A stretch of DNA of 56,801 nucleotides from NCBI GenBank assembly GCA_018304165.1, contig JAGVWS010000034.1:1-56801 (forward strand). Direction: 5' to 3'. Positions 50,439-56,801 of this stretch are shown here, piece by piece. Numbering within the stretch: position 1 is the stretch's first letter; the number at the start of each line of letters is the position of its first letter. The notes beneath the pieces are model-generated. The model did not search any database and was not told the origin of the DNA. It worked only from the letters and a program-made list of their open reading frames with translations. This stretch comes from Candidatus Pacearchaeota archaeon. GTDB lineage: Archaea > Nanobdellota > Nanobdellia > Pacearchaeales > GW2011-AR1. The translations under genes were made by a program, and so were the position numbers.

Positions 50439-51252
50439 TATTAGAGTTGTTGTCAAAGAAGGAATAATATCTGGAAAAACAGCAGTTGTTCTAGCGGGAG
50501 TTCACGGAAATGAGAGATTAAACGTCCAATTATTTGATAGAATAATCCCAAAAATAAAGATAGATAAAGGAAAAGTCATTTTTATTTATGCTAATCTTAA
50601 AGCAATACAAGAAAATAAGAGATTTATAGAATTCAATCTTAACCGAGCTTTCAGAAATAATTTAGGAGATAAAGATAAAGAAAAATTAGAAGCAAGAACT
50701 GCTAGGGAAATAATTCCATATCTAAATGAAGCTGACTGCCTTCTTGATTTACATGCAAGCAATAGTAAAGACTCTAAATCTTTCGTTATATGTCAATTGC
50801 ATAGTTTTGAATTTGCTAAAGCAATCCCATGCGAACTTATAACATCTAACTTGGAGGAGTTTGAGCCAGGATCAACAGTACACTGGATGAACCTACAGGG
50901 TAAGACAGCTATGGGCTTTGAAGCGGGATACTTAGAAGACCCAGAATCAGAAAAAAGGTCGGAAGGAGCCTTAATGAATTTTCTAATAAAAGCAGAGAGT
51001 ATTAAAGGAAAAATCGGTTATACTCCTGATAAGAAATTCCTTAAAATAATCTTCTTATATAAGAATAAAGAAGCCCCATTTATAAAATCGCGAGAATTTG
51101 CAGATTTTGAAAAACTAAAAGAAAAAACATTAATAGGAAAAGAGGGAAATAAAGAGGTATATGCAGAAGCAGGAGACATAATGCTTTTTGTTAGAGACAG
51201 AGATGAACTAAATGAAGAATGCTTCTTAATTGCAAAAGAAATTACGCCTTAA
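50431..51252 (+). CDS. AstE/AspA (succinylglutamate desuccinylase/aspartoacylase) family zinc deacylase-like protein
   Basis: VLAGVHGNE zinc motif and LLDLHAS motif in the expected order; 8-nt overlap with the previous gene. Confidence 0.65.
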   Translation: MSNIRVVVKEGIISGKTAVVLAGVHGNERLNVQLFDRIIPKIKIDKGKVIFIYANLKAIQENKRFIEFNLNRAFRNNLGDKDKEKLEARTAREIIPYLNEADCLLDLHASNSKDSKSFVICQLHSFEFAKAIPCELITSNLEEFEPGSTVHWMNLQGKTAMGFEAGYLEDPESEKRSEGALMNFLIKAESIKGKIGYTPDKKFLKIIFLYKNKEAPFIKSREFADFEKLKEKTLIGKEGNKEVYAEAGDIMLFVRDRDELNEECFLIAKEITP

Positions 51253-51324
51253 TCTTCCTCAACACCTCAGCCGTCGGACTTGCTTAAGCAAACATTTATT
51301 AACAAATTTTCAAATTAATCATTT

Positions 51325-51447
51325 ATGATACCCAAACTAAAGTTTGAAGTTGTAGATAATCCCGAAGGATTTATTATAAAAGATAAAGAGTTTAACCAAG
51401 TCCAAAATATGCTGTTTGATAATTTATGGACAATCGCCAAAAAATAA
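51325..51447 (+). CDS. Small hypothetical protein (40 aa)
   Basis: ATG..TAA ORF MIPKLKFEVVDNPEGFIIKDKEFNQVQNMLFDNLWTIAKK, below track cutoff; weak. Confidence 0.25.
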   Translation: MIPKLKFEVVDNPEGFIIKDKEFNQVQNMLFDNLWTIAKK

Positions 51448-51667
51448 AAATGCCCACTTTTTCGGACAAAAATTCTTACGTCCCCACCGCTGGTCAGGCG
51501 TTTATGTCAGATCAAAGGGATGATTTAGATTGATTATAATAAATACATTAACTTAATACGACAAAAGCATAAACTATTTATAAAGACCTCTATAATCTTG
51601 TATAGAGATATTCATTTATAGAAACTAATATAAAAGATGTGCATGTAGACATAGCAGGTGAAAAAGG

Positions 51668-52360
51668 ATGGTAGATGAAGAATACACTCAACAAAAGCCA
51701 GATTTTTATCTAAATGCAGCTAAACTAGTAAATGAAGGTTTCGATGCAATAAAAAAGAAAGATGATCGAGCAGTTTCTAAAAATCTTGCAAAGATAGTTA
51801 GTTTAGGAGATCAATTGTCAACTAAAAAACCTCACCCGGAAGATGCAGTATTTCATTATGACGCTGCTGCTTTCCTTTTCTCTACGGCAGGTAGAGAAGC
51901 AGAATATTTAGGAGACTTTAGAAACTCGGCAAAGCATCATGCTATGGCTGCTAAACTATACTCTAAAGCATCAAAAGTCAAAGATTCTCAAGATACCTGG
52001 GATTACGAGGATAATGATGATAAAGTTCAGAGAGTTTTAGGACGTATGTTAGGAAAAGTTTATGATCCAAACTTCGCTGCATTTGCACACTCTGAAAAGC
52101 GACAAGCTAAAGAAGCAAGAGAAAAGGCAGCAATTTACAAAGCTACTGAGAAAATGAATCCAATAAGAAGAAATTTAGTTAGATCAATAAAACTTGAGCA
52201 ATTAGCAACGTCATTACTGCTAGCAATCCTGTTTATTTCGCCAACTTTAACAGGTAATGTTATAGATAGTAACCTTAAAGTTTCAAGTTTTGTAGGGGGC
52301 TTATTTTTTATTAACATTAATATTAGGGTATTTCTATACAGAGAAAAAAAGGTTAACTAA
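51668..52360 (+). CDS. Hypothetical protein with C-terminal membrane anchor
   Basis: Helical N-terminal region; TM LATSLLLAILFISPTL near C-terminus. Confidence 0.5.
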   Translation: MVDEEYTQQKPDFYLNAAKLVNEGFDAIKKKDDRAVSKNLAKIVSLGDQLSTKKPHPEDAVFHYDAAAFLFSTAGREAEYLGDFRNSAKHHAMAAKLYSKASKVKDSQDTWDYEDNDDKVQRVLGRMLGKVYDPNFAAFAHSEKRQAKEAREKAAIYKATEKMNPIRRNLVRSIKLEQLATSLLLAILFISPTLTGNVIDSNLKVSSFVGGLFFININIRVFLYREKKVN

Positions 52361-52366
52361 AAGAAA

Positions 52367-52747
52367 ATGAATTTTTCTGATTTTCTAAAGGATTTACGTT
52401 TGAATAAGGCTAGAAACATCGTTATTTATGCATCATTCATAATTTTAATAATATCCTTACTTTTTCCTTTACAAAAAATAGATAACTTGTTGGTGCAAAA
52501 AGCATCTTTTTCTTTTTTAATCTATGGAGTTTATTTATGGTTTATTGAAAGAATTATTCAGGTGCTTATTGAACAGTCAAGGGAAGACTGGGAAGCGATT
52601 ATTGCTGGAGTATTTTGGATATTTTTAATAATCGCAGGATTCATTGTTACTTGGAAATTGGTATTTGGATATAACCTAGCTCATGTTATCTTTGAGAGTA
52701 ATTCGACAGATATAACGGCCATGGCTAATAATCTATCTAAATCTTAA
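52367..52747 (+). CDS. Small polytopic membrane protein, hypothetical
   Basis: Three hydrophobic helices; 6-nt gap after previous gene. Confidence 0.5.
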   Translation: MNFSDFLKDLRLNKARNIVIYASFIILIISLLFPLQKIDNLLVQKASFSFLIYGVYLWFIERIIQVLIEQSREDWEAIIAGVFWIFLIIAGFIVTWKLVFGYNLAHVIFESNSTDITAMANNLSKS

Positions 52748-52886
52748 AATATGCATTGAATAATTAGTGAACAGAGTATCTTATCTCGTTTGTGAACAAA
52801 AACCTATCAAAAACTTAGAAAACTGTATCCAGAAAGCTTAATGGGCTAGAAAAAGAAGAAAAAGTGATGAACAGAATATAATAACT

Positions 52887-53129
52887 CTAAAAGATTATTC
52901 CTTTTTCGGTAGCTATGATATCAATTATGTGCCCTCTTTCTAGTCCTGGGAACTTATTCATTTTTTCTAGAATTAATTTTTCTGTTTCTTTTATCATCAT
53001 AGGAGATCCATACCTCTCAACAAAAAACTGAACGCTCCTTATCCATCGATCGTAATCATCAAAAGTTAAAAATTCTAGAATCTTTTTCCCTTCATCAATT
53101 AGCCTTATTATTCCTTCAGTTTTTTCCAT
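52887..53129 (-). CDS. Hypothetical 80-aa protein coupled to the Fic gene
   Basis: Starts 2 nt after the Fic stop; no motif. Confidence 0.45.
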   Translation of the reverse strand: MEKTEGIIRLIDEGKKILEFLTFDDYDRWIRSVQFFVERYGSPMMIKETEKLILEKMNKFPGLERGHIIDIIATEKGIIF

Positions 53130-53131
53130 TG

Positions 53132-54283
53132 TTAAACAGTGATTATGTTTAGTATTTCGTGTCCTACGAATAGTTTTTCTCTTTCTTTTTGTTTTGTTTC
53201 TTTAAGGATGCCTAGTTTTATGAATTGGTCTACTATTTTTTTTGCTGTAGGATAAGTAACTTTTAGTTGAGCTGATATTTGGTTTATTGTTGTGTATGGG
53301 TTAAAGAATAAGTTGTCCATTACTTTAATCAGGTTGTTTGCTTGTTTTTCTTTTATTATCTTTTTTCTGTATTCTTCTCTTAGATTTTGTATTTTTATTG
53401 TTCTGTCTAGAGCGTCTTCTGATTGTACTTTTATTGCTTCTAAGAAGAATTTTATCCATTCTTCAAATTTACCGCTCTTGTTCGTGTTTAGTAACAGGTC
53501 ATAGTATTCTCTTCTGTGCTTTTCGAAATAATCACTAGCGTATAACAGTGGTTTTGAAATCTTATTCTTTTTGCATAAATAAAGCGTTATTAATGTTCTT
53601 CCGATTCTTCCATTACCATCGCAGAAAGGGTGTATTGTTTCGAATTGGTAATGCATCAGGGCACATCTTATTAATAGGGGCATTTCATCGTAAAAGTTTA
53701 GGTATTCTATGAGTTCTTTGACAAGGTTCTCTACTTCTTCCTTTGGTGGAGGAACAAAAGTTGCTTCTTGAATTTTAGTATTAGGTGGACCTATCCAGTT
53801 TTGTACTGGTCTGAAATTACCTGGAAGAAGCTCATTACCCCTAACGTTACTTAGTAGTATCTTATGCATTTCTTTAATCAGCTCAACCGTTATTTGTTCT
53901 TCCTTAATTTTTTCTAGTCCATAATTTATTGCTTCAACATAATTTAGAACTTCTGTAGCTTCAGCATCATTTTTCTTTATTCCTTTAGCTTCTGATAAAA
54001 AATAGTCTGATAATGAAATTCTTGTACCTTCAATTCTAGAGCTAGACAGGGCTTCTTTTTTTAAGTAGGGGATAATGAGCAAATCAGGGTTTGGAAGTAG
54101 TAATCCTGCTCCTGATAGTTTACTTAATGTGCTATCCGCTTTTGAAAGGGCAAGAACTACTTGAGATGTGTATTCAACTTTAGGTGGGAGCTTGTTAGGA
54201 ATGAACGCTTTATACTTTCCATGCTCTGAATCTTGTGTTTCAACAATCTTTCCGAAAGCTCCTTTGAATTCAGCCTCTTCCAT
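53132..54283 (-). CDS. Fic family protein (Fic_N + Fic + C-terminal wHTH architecture)
   Basis: Fic motif HPFCDGNGRIGR; N-terminal FIPNKLPP... Fic_N-like region; C-terminal HTH-like TYPTAKKIVDQFIKLGIL. Confidence 0.85.
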   Translation of the reverse strand: MEEAEFKGAFGKIVETQDSEHGKYKAFIPNKLPPKVEYTSQVVLALSKADSTLSKLSGAGLLLPNPDLLIIPYLKKEALSSSRIEGTRISLSDYFLSEAKGIKKNDAEATEVLNYVEAINYGLEKIKEEQITVELIKEMHKILLSNVRGNELLPGNFRPVQNWIGPPNTKIQEATFVPPPKEEVENLVKELIEYLNFYDEMPLLIRCALMHYQFETIHPFCDGNGRIGRTLITLYLCKKNKISKPLLYASDYFEKHRREYYDLLLNTNKSGKFEEWIKFFLEAIKVQSEDALDRTIKIQNLREEYRKKIIKEKQANNLIKVMDNLFFNPYTTINQISAQLKVTYPTAKKIVDQFIKLGILKETKQKEREKLFVGHEILNIITV

Positions 54284-54735
54284 AAAATATAGCTATTTTT
54301 AGAGTATTTAAGCTTTACTATAGTAAAGAGCATATTTCTTTAATGAACTAGTAGTCAGATATAGTAAATGATACTTTCTTTTAATAGATTTTGTGTGTGT
54401 TAAAATATATTTTAATGGAAAATTTTCTATCAAAGGAAATTATCTTTTCTTTTAATAGGATCATTCTCTTACAAAGAACAGCATAATTGGTGCTACTTCT
54501 AGCTCATTAAGTATCTTCTTTTCTAGAAAAGTCTTTATAGATTAACATAAGGTGATTAGCGGAAATCCGCACTAACTTTTAATATAACTATTATCAATAG
54601 CCTTTATGCTCACTATAAACAACCATCTTGACACCAATTAATATGTCGTTTTACAGGTTATCAGTTAATTATTCTTGGTTCTGAGGTAACTTTTTGGTGC
54701 GAGAATGCCATAATCACCAACATAATAGTTCTAAC

Positions 54736-55503
54736 ATGGTAGAACAAGATTTCAAGAAGTTTTTTGAATCATTGAATGATGAATTAGAAGCTGTAAAAGA
54801 TAGAGTAAGAAGTTTGATAGGAGAAGCTAATTGGGGCGAGGATGGAAGATATAGAGAAGCAGTGTTAAGAAATATAATCTCCAGATTCTTACCTAAGGAT
54901 TGCTCTATAGGAACTGGTTTTGTGATTAATGAGAGGAGAGAAATTACTAAACAAATAGATATTATAATTTATGATAGCTCTTCACCAGTTTTATTTTCTG
55001 AGGGAGATTTTGTTGTAGTTTTAGCCAACACAGTTAAAGCGATAATAGAAGTAAAATCATCTATAAACAGTTCTAAAAAGCTTTTGGAAATCATTAAGAT
55101 TTGTGAAGATAATGCTAAGATAATAGAGGTTTCTATTGTAGCACAAAGCCAAAGAATGTTTAACGGAATCTTTTGTTATGAATGTGACTTATCTTTTGAA
55201 ACATTAGAAAAATCCTTAAAAGAATGTTTTAACATTAGTGAATGTTCTCTTTTTAGAAAGATAAATAATATTTCATTAGGCAACGAAAAGTTTCTACATT
55301 TCTGGGATTCTAAGCCTTTCTCATTTAGGGGTTATAAACTAGAAAATTTAAGTTTTGCTTATCTCATCTCTAATATTTTAGACTCATTAAACTCAAATAG
55401 GCTTAGTATGAGTAAATCTCCATTTTCTCCATTAGAATCTAAGAATCCATTCGAACAATTTCGAATAAACTATCCTGAAGAAAAATTTGATAGATACTTT
55501 TAA
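54736..55503 (+). CDS. DUF6602-like PD-(D/E)xK nuclease-fold protein
   Basis: GEDGRYREAVLRNIISRFLPKDCSIGTGFVIN...KQIDIIIYD...VKAIIEVKSS gives a D...E.K nuclease core; ATG at 54736 preferred over the TTG at 54694. Confidence 0.55.
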   Translation: MVEQDFKKFFESLNDELEAVKDRVRSLIGEANWGEDGRYREAVLRNIISRFLPKDCSIGTGFVINERREITKQIDIIIYDSSSPVLFSEGDFVVVLANTVKAIIEVKSSINSSKKLLEIIKICEDNAKIIEVSIVAQSQRMFNGIFCYECDLSFETLEKSLKECFNISECSLFRKINNISLGNEKFLHFWDSKPFSFRGYKLENLSFAYLISNILDSLNSNRLSMSKSPFSPLESKNPFEQFRINYPEEKFDRYF

Positions 55504-55601
55504 ACTATAAATTCATACCACTCCAAGATGCACTGATTGGTTTGCACTCCATCGGGCTAAGACCACTTTAGTACATTAATTATGGGAGAATAAATCTGAT
55601 A

Positions 55602-55895
55602 TTATAATTCGTCTAGAATTTGCATCATCTTACTATAATCACCATTAGCTTCTTTCTTTAACTCTGCCCATGATTCTTCTCTTAACTTTCTGCATTCTTT
55701 AGTTAGCCTTTCTCTTTCTTTCTCATCCATATTCATACCTAAAAGTATTTCAAAATCCATTAAAGCATTCTCAATTTCCACTACTTCTCTAGCTATTCTT
55801 TGAGATTCCTTCTGGGCTAGTTCTAATGTTTGATCCTGCCTTTGTTGTATAAATTTGCCTAAATCTGCAGGGTTTCTTATTTGTAATGTTTCCAT
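55602..55895 (-). CDS. Hypothetical coiled-coil protein (97 aa)
   Basis: Helical, charged; downstream of the PIN gene on the same strand. Confidence 0.4.
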   Translation of the reverse strand: METLQIRNPADLGKFIQQRQDQTLELAQKESQRIAREVVEIENALMDFEILLGMNMDEKERERLTKECRKLREESWAELKKEANGDYSKMMQILDEL

Positions 55896-56002
55896 AGTTT
55901 ATGACTGATTTTTTAGTTTTTAAGCATGGGCAGTAAAAAATTATGCCTCAAAAGCTTCCATGTTACATTTATATTACATGAATGTAATATCAATATATAA
56001 AC

Positions 56003-56572
56003 TTATCTTCTTTGCTTGTAAAACTTCTTATCTTTTCTCAACTCCCTCATTATTTTATTATCAAATGAAGGCAGATTTGAGCTATCCATGCCTAAGAATG
56101 ATGCACAAATTCTAGCTGCTTCATCAGTTGAATATATCTTATTAACTCCACATTTCTTAAATACAAGAATTATAACAGAGTCTGGCTCATGACAATGTAG
56201 GTATTCCTTACCCATATTGGCTAACTTCTCGTTAGACTGCTTCTCAAAAGTTTTTAGTTCTTCCTCTGGAATAAAACACTCTGTAGGATAAATTATCCTT
56301 ACATTTCTGCTCTTAATGAAGTCTTTAGCCTCCTCTTTAGCACTATGGAAATCACAATTTTTCTTTAACATTATGTGCTTGGTAAATTCTCTAAGGCAAG
56401 CTGCATGAGTAAAAATGATATCATGACGATTGAATATTCTTGATGCTTCAACTCTAAGAAGGAAAGGTTGATCATAAATTCTTACGAATATATTTGTGTC
56501 GATTCCTATCTTTCTTCTACCATTGAAAGCAGTAGTTCTTCTTATGCCTATAAATTTCGGTTTCTTAGCCAT
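56003..56572 (-). CDS. PIN-domain protein with basic N-terminal extension
   Basis: IGIDTNIFV and IYSTDEAARI acidic motifs. Confidence 0.65.
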   Translation of the reverse strand: MAKKPKFIGIRRTTAFNGRRKIGIDTNIFVRIYDQPFLLRVEASRIFNRHDIIFTHAACLREFTKHIMLKKNCDFHSAKEEAKDFIKSRNVRIIYPTECFIPEEELKTFEKQSNEKLANMGKEYLHCHEPDSVIILVFKKCGVNKIYSTDEAARICASFLGMDSSNLPSFDNKIMRELRKDKKFYKQRR

Positions 56573-56801
56573 AATTCTACCTTATTTGTAAAACTAAACT
56601 GCTATTTCTCTTTAAATATATTTATGACAAAATAACTTTTAAACTCCTGCGGGGGGCTTCTGTATTCAAATCTTGCTCCCCCAAAGATGTATTCTTTAGT
56701 TCCACGCCCCCACCTGCTCGCATCCTCATTCTTAATAAATTTATTTTACCTAAATGAGAACGCTCGGATTCAAAGTTCAAAGGTGGACGCTTCTCTGTCC
56801 G

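Noticed and set aside
56640-56801. tRNA-like or rRNA-like GC-rich patch at the window end (GGGGGGC...GCTCCCCC hairpin, GGATTCAAAGTTCAAAGG)
   Set aside because: No cloverleaf can be drawn on either strand. The sequence is truncated by the window edge. Only the ACGCCCCCACC motif is retained as a finding.

Overview
AT-rich archaeal chromosome segment that looks DPANN-like. It carries archaeal r-proteins L31e/L39e/S19e/S24e/S27ae, Rpo7, Spt4 and an Rpp30-like protein. Promoters follow a BRE/TATA pattern AAAGGTTTAWAWA about 25-40 nt from start codons. There is one BHB tRNA intron, several huge sequon-rich surface proteins and almost no metabolism. I call about 75 protein genes, mostly on the minus strand, and 5 tRNAs, all on the minus strand: Glu-CUC, Gln-CUG, Thr-GGU, Trp-CCA with a 20-nt BHB intron, and His-GUG with an encoded G-1. 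There is no rRNA and no CRISPR array. Housekeeping blocks: L31e-L39e-S19e (2.4-3.8 kb), cysS (6.5-7.9 kb), PIN(Fcf1)-Rpo7-Spt4-S24e-S27ae (35.3-37.2 kb), prs, scpA, and tRNA-His/GNAT/hisS (41.9-43.6 kb). Accessory content: HepT/MntA and PIN/AbrB toxin-antitoxin pairs, a dead tyrosine recombinase, a three-gene surface-protein cluster (11.3-19.8 kb), and a LAGLIDADG endonuclease running into tRNA-Thr. There is also a three-unit cassette-like stretch (24.4-27.3 kb) and a TA/defence-type island (45.7-56.6 kb) with two Fic proteins, an AAA-ATPase/nuclease, a methyltransferase, a DUF6602-like nuclease, a PIN protein and a wHTH-GNAT-deacylase operon. The signals I find most interesting are mostly non-coding or architectural. 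(1) A double-hairpin element family with compensatory stem changes, free-standing and nested in a TA-flanked MITE. (2) Conserved GTTAG..CAAT / TCAGAAGTC boxes and GC-rich structured spacers that delimit single-gene units, attC-like but with no integrase. (3) A promoter-preceded ~200-nt segment with nested long-range helices, a candidate novel ncRNA. (4) A ~45-aa N-terminal module shared by an MNT antitoxin and a Fic protein, each behind a GTCTAC-N-GTAGAC palindrome that brackets its TATA box. (5) A wHTH/GNAT-like/AstE-AspA-like operon with toxin-antitoxin-like gene coupling. All functional calls come from motif recognition by eye; no database search was run.
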